A stretch of 50,306 bases of DNA from NCBI GenBank assembly GCA_017454525.1, contig JAFTCT010000104.1, positions 1 to 50,306 on the forward strand. Reading direction: 5' to 3'. This DNA is from Clostridia bacterium (GTDB taxonomy: Bacteria; Bacillota; Clostridia; Oscillospirales; CAG-272). Made by a program: the position numbers and the translations under genes. The notes below the pieces were generated by a model that did not search any database, was not told the DNA's origin, and saw nothing but the letters and a program-made list of their open reading frames with translations. Shown here one piece after another: positions 25,901 to 35,389 of this stretch. The stretch's first letter is position 1. Each line of letters starts with the position of its first letter.

Positions 25901-27898
25901 TACGTGATGTGGTCGTCCTTCTTTGACGCGGTGCTTGACGGCGAAACGCCGCCGTCAAACCGCGAGTATTTCCTTGACGCCTGGGAGTTCGTTCTCTCCG
26001 ATAAGGAGTACCCCGACGCCGCTGCGCCGGCGGAAGGCGACGGGACGCATCGCGGACTGCCCGCGATCTACGGGGAGATCACCGAAAAATATCTGCGCGC
26101 CAACGCCGCGGTGCTTGAAAGCGTCTCCGCCAACGTCGCGCTGCGCGGCACGCCTTATGCCAAGAACGCGCAGTCGACCTATCCCGTTTCACGCCTGAAC
26201 GACGGCGATCTGAACGGTCTGTGGGTGGGCACCTCGAACGCCTTCCCGACCTACGCCGGCATCACGCTCGACGCGCAGTATCCGGTGCACGAGGTGGTCG
26301 TCACGGCGGAGACCAGGGCGAACGCCGGCGCCGATATCATGCAGTACGAGATCCAGGCGCTGCAGAACGGGAGTTTCGTGACCGTCGCAAAGGCGCAGAG
26401 TTACGATCCCGAGAGCGGCACCTATACCGTGACGGTGCGCTTCAGCGAGCCGGTGGTCACTTCCGATATCCGCGTGAACATGGTCTCGGTCGCCGCGGGC
26501 AGCCAGATCTGGCCGGCGCTTGCCGAGATCCGGATCATGAGCTACAACGGTCTGGTTTTCGTGGGCGAAAATATGGGCTCCGTCACGAAGGGCGAACTGT
26601 CGGGCGTGCCGGAGGGCACGACGGCGGGCGAGCTTCTCGGGGCTTTCCGCGCCGAGAACGGCGAGATCTCGGTCGTGGATGAAGACGGCGAAGAACTGCC
26701 GCCCGACGGCGAGGTGACGGTCGGAACGCGCGTGATCCTGACGGATAACGGCGAGACCGTAGACGAGATCGTCGTCGTGAGCGTCGTTTCGGAACCGCAG
26801 AAGCAGGTTTACAATCTGTCGGGTCTTCGCTACGGCAGCGGTATGGAGAACTGGGTCAACAGCCCCAATAATCCCCTGGGAGCGGGCAAGGCGCCGGGCG
26901 TGACCGAGATCCTCTTCGGCGTCAGTCTTACGGGGCAGGTGACGTCGGGTACCCTCTACGGGCTCTATACGAACAGGCAGAACGTCGACTGGACGCTGTA
27001 CGTCACCGACGAGAACGGCGTGATCTCCGAAAAGCACATCGCGCCGGCGACGGTGTTTCAGACGGCTTCAAGCAACTATTTCTTCCGCTTCGAGCCCTGC
27101 CTTGCTTCCGACGTTTTCGTTCCGGCGCCCGGTACGAACTACAAGATCGATCTGAAGATCGAAACGGCGGACGCGATCTATTACGTCACGGGCGATACGA
27201 ACGGTTACAGTCTCTCGACCTTCCCGGTGAAAGCCGACGGCACCTATTACGACGCCTCCGCGTTCATCGATTATCCGGTGGCGCTGACCGTAAAGCCGGC
27301 ATACGACCAGATCGAGAACACTTACGGCAAGACCTGGTTCGTCGTCACGGTGAACGCCGGAAAAGTCAACGATCTCTTCTACGACCGCTGCAGGAACGGC
27401 TCGGTCGCTCTGAAGGTCGCCGTCAGGGACGAGACGGGACTGGTGACCTACGTCATCGACCGGTACTTCTTCGACGATCCGAACGGCTACGAGACCTACG
27501 CGACCTCCTTCATGCGCTTCGCGCCCTGCGAATACGGCTTCGAGCCGGTCGCCGGTCACGTCTATACGATTACGCTGGAAGGATACGAGGACGGGGAACT
27601 GCACTATGCGGGACAGAGCGAGAAGGGCGCCTTCTGCCGCACCAACGGCAATTTCGCGTCGAACGGTCCGATCCTGCCCGAGACGCCGGCACATTCCTGC
27701 ACGGTCGTCGCCGACGCGCCTTCGGGCGACCTCAACGGCGACGGCGAACTGACCATCGAGGACGTCACGGCGCTCTTGGATCTTCTGTCGGTCGGCAGAT
27801 TCGACGCGGCGGGCGACCTTGACGGCAATGAGGAGCTGACCATCGAGGACGTCACGGCGCTTCTCGATATCCTGGCGGGCGCCGCGCAGGGAACGTAA
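22919..27898 (+). CDS. Secreted multimodular GH89 alpha-N-acetylglucosaminidase (2x CBM32/F5-8 type, GH89, CBM32-like, two unknown repeats, dockerin)
   Basis: True start MNGKVKLLSLLV (signal peptide, GAAAGGA RBS). RYAYNYCTLSY, WQRELDYLALSGVN, WWLMGNL, HEGG and GLVSEG catalytic-Glu motifs; NVAQGK..AVDG..W discoidin modules; GDLNGDGELTIEDV duplicated. Confidence 0.9.
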   Translation: MNGKVKLLSLLVSFLMIFEAASIVLPSAAAVVSNVAQGKSVSGPGSGLANAVDGDIGSFWDGGVCPCALTVDLGEVYDLQRITLVTYYDGSRAYTFQISVSLDGENYELYGAKTDGAVSTADGTTYVKDVSARYVKAEILSNTANPSGHINEIFVYGARQGADDTDPGDPSNVAYGKPTRSSSTTGDSSAVTDGNDATYWTGRDFPAYVDVDLMDNYALERVKIVMPSGAWSYDLYGSIDGVSFDKLASHGYTQVKSGGDVYEVGGVYRILRVNVTTSSSGLGGNSRVSEVRAYGALSPTQVVPTREKMTFTDYRAWLSDRYGVTVGENYDISETFTDKDTYEALYGIVERLLGGEYRDWFVFEKCLDDLAFDHYAVTTENGKTKIEGNNGSSMAVGLNAFLKKYCGVHISQQTANVTMPETMPVVAGSLTGSSPYDVRYAYNYCTLSYTMPFYGFDEWQRELDYLALSGVNLILDTTATEALWVSYLQKFGYNADDAKNFVSGYAYKAWWLMGNLEGYGGSVSDQWILDTLELARVNQRFMTVLGIEPCLQGFMGTLPTTFEKIAGPVLSEKGYDDISEYMVAQGGWSGFTRPPLLKTTYDGYEELANTFYDTQKALYGDITHYYAGDLAHEGGVIPADLSRSEMSGEILRHMTENDDRAVWVIQCWWGNPEKAVLDGFGAENRASHLLVLDLNATISANYGNTSTWGGREWNGSGWVFCMLDNFGGRPGVHGELEFMKDEILRAYNDSEHLKGIGLVSEGTQMNPVVQELLWDMAWRTEDFDMTEWLHAYAARRYGAENENLNAAWDILLETAYGYAGPHDFNTNTILNMLPSFSPSSISGSTTVDYDADAFEEAVDLFMGEFETFKNKETYIYDAVDLLKQLLSNSMTLYFNTFVAARAEGEPEAAADMAEKFMDAVLIMDEVCEYEIDSTIGEWVGRIDRFISDDRTGAYDDYSVDTMRFNAKAIITAWCSKILHAYAYRQYSGQIRDYNYVMWSSFFDAVLDGETPPSNREYFLDAWEFVLSDKEYPDAAAPAEGDGTHRGLPAIYGEITEKYLRANAAVLESVSANVALRGTPYAKNAQSTYPVSRLNDGDLNGLWVGTSNAFPTYAGITLDAQYPVHEVVVTAETRANAGADIMQYEIQALQNGSFVTVAKAQSYDPESGTYTVTVRFSEPVVTSDIRVNMVSVAAGSQIWPALAEIRIMSYNGLVFVGENMGSVTKGELSGVPEGTTAGELLGAFRAENGEISVVDEDGEELPPDGEVTVGTRVILTDNGETVDEIVVVSVVSEPQKQVYNLSGLRYGSGMENWVNSPNNPLGAGKAPGVTEILFGVSLTGQVTSGTLYGLYTNRQNVDWTLYVTDENGVISEKHIAPATVFQTASSNYFFRFEPCLASDVFVPAPGTNYKIDLKIETADAIYYVTGDTNGYSLSTFPVKADGTYYDASAFIDYPVALTVKPAYDQIENTYGKTWFVVTVNAGKVNDLFYDRCRNGSVALKVAVRDETGLVTYVIDRYFFDDPNGYETYATSFMRFAPCEYGFEPVAGHVYTITLEGYEDGELHYAGQSEKGAFCRTNGNFASNGPILPETPAHSCTVVADAPSGDLNGDGELTIEDVTALLDLLSVGRFDAAGDLDGNEELTIEDVTALLDILAGAAQGT

Positions 27899-27945
27899 AG
27901 TTCTTCCAAATAGAACGGTAAAGAACCCCGATTATAAAAAAACAC

Positions 27946-27974
27946 TTGACAAAAGCGAAAACACCCTGTATAAT
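27946..27974 (+). promoter_or_regulatory. SigA promoter for the valS leader
   Basis: Perfect TTGACA-17 nt-TATAAT. Confidence 0.8.
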
Positions 27975-27979
27975 AGCAA

Positions 27980-28241
27980 ACTGTAAGCGGCTTGCCGCTT
28001 ATGGACGCACGGAAGAGAAGGAGTAGCGGAAAAGCGCGGCGAAAGAGAGGGACGGACGGTGAAAAGTCCTGCCGGCGGCGTTCGTGAAGGTCGTCTCGGA
28101 GCGTCGGGAAGAGCGTTCCGTTCAGTCGGAACGGGTAGAACCCGCGGGTAAGCCCGACACAGCTGTAAGAGTGCCCCGAAGGGGGAAAACAGGTGGTACC
28201 GCGCCTCCGGCGTCCTGTCAAAAGGACGCCGGAGTTTTTTT
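27980..28241 (+). ncRNA. T-box riboswitch leader of valS
   Basis: T-box AGGTGGTACCGCG at 28191-28203; stem I AGTA/AGAGA/GGTGAA motifs; candidate Val specifier GTC at 28090-28092; terminator CTCCGGCGTCCT-GTCAAA-AGGACGCCGGAG-T7. Confidence 0.9.
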
Positions 28242-28276
28242 ACGAACGACGCATTCAGATAAAGGAGAAAGACGGT

Positions 28277-30904
28277 ATGAAAGAACTGGAAAAGACCTAC
28301 GATCCTTCACAGATAGAGGACCGTTTGTACGCCGAATGGACGGCGCGCGGCTATTTCGCGCCGAACAGACCCGGCAAACCGACCTATACGATCGTGATCC
28401 CGCCGCCAAACATCACGGGACAGCTGCACATGGGACACGCGCTCGACAACACCCTGCAGGATATCCTTATCCGCTACAAGAGGATGCAGGGTTACGACAC
28501 GCTGTGGCTCCCCGGCACCGACCACGCCTCGATCGCGACCGAGGCGAAGATCGTCGAGGCGATGCGCAAGGAAGGACTGACCAAGGAGGACCTGGGCAGA
28601 GAGAAATTCCTGGAGCGCGCCTGGGACTGGAGAAAGAAATACGGCGGCAGGATCGTTTCGCAGCTGAAAAAAATGGGATCGTCCTGCGACTGGGACCGCG
28701 AGCGCTTCACGCTTGACGAGGGCTGCTCGAAGGCGGTCAAGGAGGTGTTCGTCCGCCTTTACGAAAAGGGACTGATCTACCGCGGCGAGCGCATCATCAA
28801 CTGGTGCCCGCACTGCAGGACCTCCATTTCGAACGCCGAAGTGAACTATGAGGAGCAGAAGAGCCATTTCTGGCATATCCGTTATCCGCTGGTCGGTGGG
28901 GAAGGGTATCTGGAGGTGGCGACCACCCGTCCCGAAACGCTGCTCGGCGATACCGCGATCGCCGTCAACCCGGCGGACGAACGCTATAAGCACCTCATCG
29001 GTTCCTACTGCGTGCTGCCGCTCGTCGGACGCCGCATCCCGATCGTCGGCGACGAACACGCCCAACTCGACAAGGGGACCGGCTGCGTGAAGATCACGCC
29101 CGCGCACGACCCCAACGACTTCGAGGTCGGCAGACGCTGCCGCCTTCCGATGGAGGTCTGCCTCACGCCCGACGCGAAGATCACCGACAACTATCCGAAA
29201 TACGCCGGCATGGACCGCTACGAGGCGCGCAAAGCCATCGTGAAGGATCTGGAGGAGGGCGGATATCTCGTTTCGATCGAGGATCTGACGCACGAGGTCG
29301 GCACCTGCTACCGCTGCGGCACGACCATTGAGCCGATGATCTCTCTGCAGTGGTTCGTGCGCATGGAGCCGCTCGCGAAGCCGGCGGTCGAAGCGGTGCG
29401 CGAGGGAAAGACGAGATTCGTGCCCGACCGTTTCTCCAAGAACTATTTCCACTGGATGGAAAACACGCAGGACTGGTGCATCTCCCGTCAGCTCTGGTGG
29501 GGACACCGCATCCCGGCGTTCTACTGCGACGACTGCGGAGAAGTGAAAGTGACCAAGGAACCCTCCTGCCTCTGCCCGAAGTGCAAAAAGGAGATGCGCC
29601 AGGATCCCGACACGCTCGACACCTGGTTCTCCTCGGCGCTCTGGCCCTTCTCAACGCTCGGCTGGCCGGATGAAACGGAGGATCTGAAGCGTTTTTATCC
29701 GACGCAGACGCTGGTCACCGGCTACGACATCATCACTTTCTGGGTCTCGCGCATGATCTTCTCTGCGCTCGAGTACACCGGGCAGACGCCTTTCGACACG
29801 GTGCTGATCCACGGGCTCGTGCGCGACGCGCAGGGCAGAAAAATGTCGAAATCGCTCGGAAACGGCATTGATCCGCTCGAGATCATCGACAAATACGGCG
29901 CCGACGCGCTCCGGTTCGCGCTCGCGACCGGCAACAGCCCCGGCAACGATATGCGCTTCTCCGACGAGAAGATCGAGGCGGCGCGCAATTTCAACAACAA
30001 GATCTGGAACGCCGCGCGGTTCGTGATGATGAACCTCGATATCGGTCAGGTCGAACTTCCCCCCGCAGAAAAACTGGAGACCGAGGATAAATGGATCCTT
30101 TCGCGCTGCAATGCGATCGCGGGCGAGGTCTGCGAGAACCTGGACAAATACGAACTCGGCGTGGCGCTGGCGAAGCTCTACGACTTCCTCTGGAGCGAAT
30201 TCTGCGACTGGTATATCGAACTGCTCAAGCCGCGTTTCGCCGACAAGGGCAGCGCGTCCAACGTCGTCGCGCAGAACGTTATCGCATACGTCCTGCGGCA
30301 GACGCTGAAACTGCTGCATCCCTTCATGCCCTTCATCACCGAGGAGATCTGCGCGCATCTGCCGCAGATGAAGGGAAAAGCCGAGGAGAGCATCATGGTC
30401 TCCGATTATCCGGCGTTCGATCCGGCGCTGTCCTTCCCCGAGGACGAAGAGCGCATGGAGAAGCTCATCGACCTGATCCGCGCGATCCGCAACCGCAGAG
30501 CGGAAATGAACGTGCCGCCCTCCAAGAAGGCGCATCTGACCGTCGTTTCCGACCGCCCCGATCTTTACGGGGAGAAGACGACGAAGTTCTTTTTGAAACT
30601 CGCCTACTGCGCCGACGTGACCTACGCATCCTCCTTTGAGGGAGAGAATACCGTGCAGGTGGTCGCAGGCAGCGCCGTCGGGTATATGCCGCTCGGCGAT
30701 CTGGTCGATCTTGAAAAGGAAAAGAAGCGTCTGGAGAGTGAGAAGGAGCGCGTCGAAAACGAGATCAGACGCATCGAAGCAAAACTCGCAAACGAAGGAT
30801 TTGTTTCCAAAGCGCCCGCGGCGGTGGTCGAGGGCGAGCGCGCGAAACTCGTAAAGTATAAGGAAACGCTCGGAAAACTGAACGAGGCGATCGCAAAAAT
30901 ATAA
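28277..30904 (+). CDS. valS: Valyl-tRNA synthetase
   Basis: PPPNITGQLHMGH, DWCISRQLWWGH, KMSKS, C-terminal coiled coil with FVSKAP. Confidence 0.98.
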   Translation: MKELEKTYDPSQIEDRLYAEWTARGYFAPNRPGKPTYTIVIPPPNITGQLHMGHALDNTLQDILIRYKRMQGYDTLWLPGTDHASIATEAKIVEAMRKEGLTKEDLGREKFLERAWDWRKKYGGRIVSQLKKMGSSCDWDRERFTLDEGCSKAVKEVFVRLYEKGLIYRGERIINWCPHCRTSISNAEVNYEEQKSHFWHIRYPLVGGEGYLEVATTRPETLLGDTAIAVNPADERYKHLIGSYCVLPLVGRRIPIVGDEHAQLDKGTGCVKITPAHDPNDFEVGRRCRLPMEVCLTPDAKITDNYPKYAGMDRYEARKAIVKDLEEGGYLVSIEDLTHEVGTCYRCGTTIEPMISLQWFVRMEPLAKPAVEAVREGKTRFVPDRFSKNYFHWMENTQDWCISRQLWWGHRIPAFYCDDCGEVKVTKEPSCLCPKCKKEMRQDPDTLDTWFSSALWPFSTLGWPDETEDLKRFYPTQTLVTGYDIITFWVSRMIFSALEYTGQTPFDTVLIHGLVRDAQGRKMSKSLGNGIDPLEIIDKYGADALRFALATGNSPGNDMRFSDEKIEAARNFNNKIWNAARFVMMNLDIGQVELPPAEKLETEDKWILSRCNAIAGEVCENLDKYELGVALAKLYDFLWSEFCDWYIELLKPRFADKGSASNVVAQNVIAYVLRQTLKLLHPFMPFITEEICAHLPQMKGKAEESIMVSDYPAFDPALSFPEDEERMEKLIDLIRAIRNRRAEMNVPPSKKAHLTVVSDRPDLYGEKTTKFFLKLAYCADVTYASSFEGENTVQVVAGSAVGYMPLGDLVDLEKEKKRLESEKERVENEIRRIEAKLANEGFVSKAPAAVVEGERAKLVKYKETLGKLNEAIAKI

Positions 30905-31010
30905 CCGTCGGAAAGCCCCGGCAGAGCCGGAACGCTGTTTCACCTTCTTTTTCGCTTCCCTGCGGGGAGCGTAACGGCGGACTTTTGTCCGGAGATGATC
31001 GGAGGTCAAT

Positions 31011-32311
31011 ATGGAAACAGATAAGCGTTCCCCGGCGGAAACCGACCGCGGGATCGGAATGCAAAACGAAAACGGACGCGCAGAGGAGTCGTATGCCGCC
31101 GCCGTCAGGGTGATGAACGCCGCAAACTCCGAAGTGGGCTTCAGATCCGCCGCGAAGATGTTCGGCGAGGCGGGCGGCTTCCGCGACGCCGCGGCGCTCG
31201 GGAAGCACTGTCTGGAGCAGGCGGAGAATTGCCGCAGGGACGCGATCTACGACGCCGCAAAGGCGCAGATGGCAGAGGAAACGCTCAGCGGTTTCGACGC
31301 GGCTGCGCGCGGGTTTTCGTCGATCCCCGGCTGGAAGGACGCAGATGAACTTCTGCCGGTGTGCAGAGAGGGATTCGTAAAACTCAAAAAAGAGAAAGAC
31401 GCCCTTTACGCGGAGAAGAAGCGCAAAGAGGAGGAGGACCGGAAACGCTGCGCAAAGCGCAGGAAAAGGATGAAGGTCCTTCTTGCCGCCGCCGTCATAG
31501 CGATGATCGCTCTGATCGCCTTTCTCTTCGTATGGCAGTACGCGATCCTGCCCGGGGTGCGGTATGATTCCGCCGTGGAGTTGTACAGAGCGGGCGAATT
31601 CGAAGAGGCGAGATCGGCGTTCCTTGAACTCAAAGGATACGGCGACAGCAGGGAATGGGTCAGAACGTGCATCGCCGCGATCAAGGACCGGAAATATTCC
31701 GACGCGGTGAAGATGTTTGAGGACGGCAGATTTGAGGATGCCAAGGCGGTCTTTACAGGTCTGGAGGACTACAGAGACAGCAGATCGTACGCCATCCGGT
31801 GCAACGACAGACTGCTGGAGCAGACGTACACCGTCCAGATGAGCGCTCTGAAAGACGCCGCGGTCGGGTCTTACGTGAAATATGGCTGAACGAGGTCTTC
31901 TTCTTCGACGCGTTCGGAATGGGTCACAGAGGAGTGATCGCCGCGTCCGCCGTGACGGCGGACAAAAACCCGGAATATGATACGCCCGCCGGCAGGGACA
32001 CCGTGGATCGCGTTTTCCTGTTGAGCGCCGACGAGGCAGCGCGGTATTTTGCAAACGACGAGGCGCGGATGTGCATGCCGACGGAATACGCGATCGTGCA
32101 GAGAGCGTGGAAAGACGTTGAGCATATCGACTACCCGACAGGGGTCTTCACGACCTGCTGGTGGTGGCTGCGCACACCCGGCAGCACGTCCGAACGGACG
32201 GCGCGCGTCCGCAGCGACGGCTCGATAGACTGCGAGGGCAGCGTGTCCTATCATCTCTACGACGCGGTCCGTCCCGCTGTGTGGATCTACGTCGGCAAAG
32301 CGGCGGGATAG
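31011..32311 (+). pseudogene. TPR-like/TM protein with a C-terminal DUF6273-like domain, split by an internal deletion/frameshift near 31883-31889
   Basis: ORF 31011..31889 (GWKDA, GYGDS, DYRDS repeats, TM) stops at ...VGSYVKYG*. An overlapping frame continues WLNEVFF...DRVFLLSADEA...WWWLRTPG...VRPAVW with no RBS/start of its own. Confidence 0.65.
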
Positions 32312-32349
32312 CACCGTACCTCATAAGATAGCATTGAACCCATAAAAAA

Positions 32350-32394
32350 GGGGGGTGTTTCATTTGGCGTATTTGCGTCAAATGAAACAGCCCC
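32350..32394. repeat. REP-like palindrome, copy 2
   Basis: GGGGGGTGTTTCATTTGGCGTATTTGCGTCAAATGAAACAGCCCC with A/T-rich flanks. Confidence 0.8.
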
Positions 32395-32563
32395 ATTTTT
32401 TTATTTTTCATCGCCGTTTTCCGACAGTTTTCCCGCGCGGGCGGGTATATTCTGTATACGGAAGGCGCGCCGGCGGGGCGCGCCCAAAAAAAAGGCGAAC
32501 TTCGGATGAACGGTATGCGCGGGGAGTATTCGGAGACCGCCGGAAAAAGAAAGGACAGAGAAA

Positions 32564-32923
32564 ATGCAGCAGGCAGCAGTATCGACCAGTTACTCGGCGG
32601 GCGTTCTGTCCGTCAGACTGACGGGAGAAATCGACCACCATTCGGCGGCGTCGGTTCGTGAAACGATCGACCGGGACCTCTATACCTACGCGCCGCGGAC
32701 CATAAAACTGATGCTCGGCGGCGTTGAGTTCATGGACAGTTCGGGCATCGGGCTGATCCTGGGACGCTATACCCGCCTGAAAGAAAGGGAAGCGGTCCTG
32801 TTGATCGAAGATCCGACCCCTCAGGTCGAAAGAATCTTAGTCATGGCGGGGATCGACCGTCTGATCCGCATCGTCCGGACGAACGGCGCGCCCGACAGAA
32901 AGAAAGGAGTGAGAAAGTCGTGA
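32564..32923 (+). CDS. spoIIAA: Anti-sigma F factor antagonist
   Basis: LTGEIDHH, FMDSSGIGLILGRY (phosphorylated Ser motif); operon order. Confidence 0.92.
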   Translation: MQQAAVSTSYSAGVLSVRLTGEIDHHSAASVRETIDRDLYTYAPRTIKLMLGGVEFMDSSGIGLILGRYTRLKEREAVLLIEDPTPQVERILVMAGIDRLIRIVRTNGAPDRKKGVRKS

Positions 32924-33348
32924 TCAATCCGGATCATCAGTTTGAACTTGAATTCGACGCGCGTTCGGAGAACGAGGCGTTTGCAAGGCAGTGCGTGTCG
33001 GGTTTCCTTCTGCGCTTCGATCCGACGGTATCCGAACTTGCCGATCTGCGCACGGCGGTTTCGGAAGCGGTGACGAATTCGGTCGTCCACGCCTACAGGA
33101 ATTCCGGCAAGGGAAAGATTTACATCAGCGTGCGCACCTATCAGAGAAAGGTCGTGATCCGCGTCAAGGATTTCGGCTGCGGAATGGAGGACCCGGAACT
33201 GTGCCGTCAGCCGCTTTACACGACCGATCCCACGGGGGAACGCGGCGGCATGGGCTTTGCCATTATGGAGAGCTTCACCGACAGGGTAAAGGTCAAGACG
33301 GCGCCGGGCAAGGGCACGACGGTCACGCTGATCAAAAATCTTTCGTGA
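32920..33348 (+). CDS. spoIIAB: Anti-sigma F factor kinase
   Basis: SENEAFAR, TAVSEAVTNSVVHAY, GMGFAIMESFTD, PGKGTTV. Confidence 0.94.
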   Translation: MINPDHQFELEFDARSENEAFARQCVSGFLLRFDPTVSELADLRTAVSEAVTNSVVHAYRNSGKGKIYISVRTYQRKVVIRVKDFGCGMEDPELCRQPLYTTDPTGERGGMGFAIMESFTDRVKVKTAPGKGTTVTLIKNLS

Positions 33349-33363
33349 GGGAAGTGCCGGAAA

Positions 33364-34080
33364 ATGTCAGAAAACGCGCGTAATATGGAACTTCTGTACC
33401 GGGTGCGCTCCGGGGAACCGGGCGCGCTCGACGAGTTCAGCGCGGAAAACATGGGGCTCGTGCGCAGTATCGCTCTGCGATTTACCGGCCGCGGGATCGA
33501 ATACGAGGATCTCGTTCAGATCGGCTGTATCGGCATGATCAAGGCGGCGAAGAACTTCGATTTCTCCTTCAATACCGCCTTTTCCACCTACGCCGTCCCG
33601 CACATCGCGGGGGAGATCCGGAGATTTCTGCGCGACGACGGTCCGGTCAAGGTCTCGCGCACGCTCAGACGGCTCGGCAGCGAAATGATGCGCGCGCGCG
33701 AGGAGTTCATCAAGGAAAAGGGGCGCGAACCGCGCATATCGGAACTGTCGGAGGTCCTCGGATGCAGCGAAGAGGATCTGGTAAGGGCAAGCGAGGCGGC
33801 GCGCCCCGTGCGCTCGATCTACGAGAGCGCCGCGGGCGACGACGAAGGGGCGCTGATCGACCTGATCCCCGAAAACGACAGCGCTCTGGAGGCGCTGACC
33901 GACCGTCTGGCACTGCGCCAGGCGATCGCGGCGCTGCCCGAAATGCAGAGGAAGATCATCATTCTGCGCTACTATAAGGACCTTTCCCAGGAAGCGACCG
34001 GCAGAGTCCTCGGCATCTCGCAGGTCAAGGTATCGCGGGAGGAGAAGAAGATCCTCGGAGAATTGAGAAAATCATTATAG
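33364..34080 (+). CDS. sigF: Forespore sigma factor F
   Basis: EYEDLVQIGCIGMIKA, FSTYAVP..GEIRRFLRDDGPVKVSR, GISQVKVSREEKKIL; follows spoIIAA-AB. Confidence 0.92.
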   Translation: MSENARNMELLYRVRSGEPGALDEFSAENMGLVRSIALRFTGRGIEYEDLVQIGCIGMIKAAKNFDFSFNTAFSTYAVPHIAGEIRRFLRDDGPVKVSRTLRRLGSEMMRAREEFIKEKGREPRISELSEVLGCSEEDLVRASEAARPVRSIYESAAGDDEGALIDLIPENDSALEALTDRLALRQAIAALPEMQRKIIILRYYKDLSQEATGRVLGISQVKVSREEKKILGELRKSL

Positions 34081-34093
34081 AGGTCCCCTATAG

Positions 34094-34138
34094 AATACCC
34101 GCGGTAAAAGCGCGAAACTGCGCCATCCCGCGGGTATT
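34094..34138. terminator. Hairpin between the convergent sigF and mnmA genes
   Basis: AATACCCGCGG ... CCGCGGGTATT inverted repeat. Confidence 0.5.
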
Positions 34139-34197
34139 TCCGTTTTTGTTCTGCCGGACCGGTTATTTGAGAGGAAATCCGACAAGTGTTTTCAAAC

Positions 34198-35277
34198 CTA
34201 TGCGATGATCACGCCGCCGCCCAGCACCGTATCGCCGTCGTAAAAGACCGCCGCCTGACCGGGCGTGACCGCTCTCTGCGGTTCCGAAAAGCGCACCTCC
34301 GCCCCGCCGTTTCCGTCGGGCGTGACGGCGGCTCTCTGCGCCTTGTGGCGGTAGCGGATCTTGACGTCGGCTTCAAAGGGACCGGCGGGCGGATTCGGGG
34401 AGATGAAATGAAGATCGTGAAGGCGCGCAGAAGACGTGAACAGATCTTCGTTTTCCGCGAGAACGATCTCGTTCGTTTCCGGCAGGATCGCCTTGACGTA
34501 GAGGGGGACGTCGGTCACGAGCCCCAGTCCCTTGTGCTGACCGACCGTATAGTAAACGATCCCCTTGTGCCGCCCCAGAACGTTGCCCTGTCCGTCGATA
34601 AAATTGCCCTTTTCGATCTCCTTGCCGGTATGCTCTCTGATGAATTCGGCGTATTTGCCGTCGGGCACGAAGCAGATGTCCTGACTGTCGGGCTTGCGGG
34701 CGTTGACGAAGCCGTGTTCCTCCGCGATCCTCCGCGTTTCCTCCTTGGTCATTTTGCCGAGCGGGAAGAGGACGTGCGCGAGCTGCTCCTGCGTGAGCCG
34801 GTAGAGAACGTAACTCTGATCCTTCTTGTCGTCCGTCGCTTTTTTGAGCGTGTATTCGCCGTTTTCGAAAACGACCCGCGCGTAGTGTCCGGTGACGATC
34901 CTGTCGCAGCCGAGCGCCAGCGCGCGCTCGAAGAGAAGGTCGAATTTCAGATGCTTGTTGCATTCGATGCAGGGATTGGGCGTCATGCCGCAGAGATAGC
35001 ATCCGATAAAATGACGAACGACCTTATCTTCGAATTCTTTTGTGAAATTGAAAACGTAAAAGGGAATGCCGATGCGCGCGGCTGCCGCGCGCGCGTCCTC
35101 GGCGTCGTCGAGCGTGCAGCAGGAGCGCGCGCCCGACGGCGTTTCTTCGCTTTCACGCAGCTTCATCATGCAGCCGATGCAGTCGCAGCCCGCTTCCTTC
35201 GTGAGCAGCGCCGCGACGCTGCTGTCCACCCCTCCGCTCATGGCGATGAGGGCTTTTTTCGTCTTTTCGTTTCCCAT
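34198..35277 (-). CDS. mnmA: tRNA-specific 2-thiouridylase (possible alternative start at 35364)
   Basis: AMSGGVDSS, TPNPCIECN, TGHYAR, KDQSY, DSQDICF, YTVGQHKGL, AVTPGQAAVFY. Confidence 0.95.
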   Translation of the reverse strand: MGNEKTKKALIAMSGGVDSSVAALLTKEAGCDCIGCMMKLRESEETPSGARSCCTLDDAEDARAAAARIGIPFYVFNFTKEFEDKVVRHFIGCYLCGMTPNPCIECNKHLKFDLLFERALALGCDRIVTGHYARVVFENGEYTLKKATDDKKDQSYVLYRLTQEQLAHVLFPLGKMTKEETRRIAEEHGFVNARKPDSQDICFVPDGKYAEFIREHTGKEIEKGNFIDGQGNVLGRHKGIVYYTVGQHKGLGLVTDVPLYVKAILPETNEIVLAENEDLFTSSARLHDLHFISPNPPAGPFEADVKIRYRHKAQRAAVTPDGNGGAEVRFSEPQRAVTPGQAAVFYDGDTVLGGGVIIA

Positions 35278-35389
35278 AGTCAGCCCCTGCGCGCTCCGGC
35301 GCGCCACGCCCGAAAAAACGCCCTCTGAGGCGAAATACCCTTCGTATACGTCGATCACTTTCATGATTCCGTCCTCCTGTTCTTCTTCC

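Noticed and set aside
27749-27861. 26-nt exact direct repeat (27749-27774, 27836-27861) as a DGR/recombination signal
   Set aside because: It is explained by the internal duplication of the dockerin; there is no reverse transcriptase and no adenine-specific variation.
31870-31895. Programmed ribosomal frameshift
   Set aside because: There is no slippery X XXY YYZ site, and a conserved segment appears to be missing, which favours a deletion.
32400-32560. SigH promoter/Spo0A box for spoIIA
   Set aside because: Only a one-mismatch 0A-like TGTCGGA was seen and no convincing AGGA...GAAT pair, so it is not supportable.
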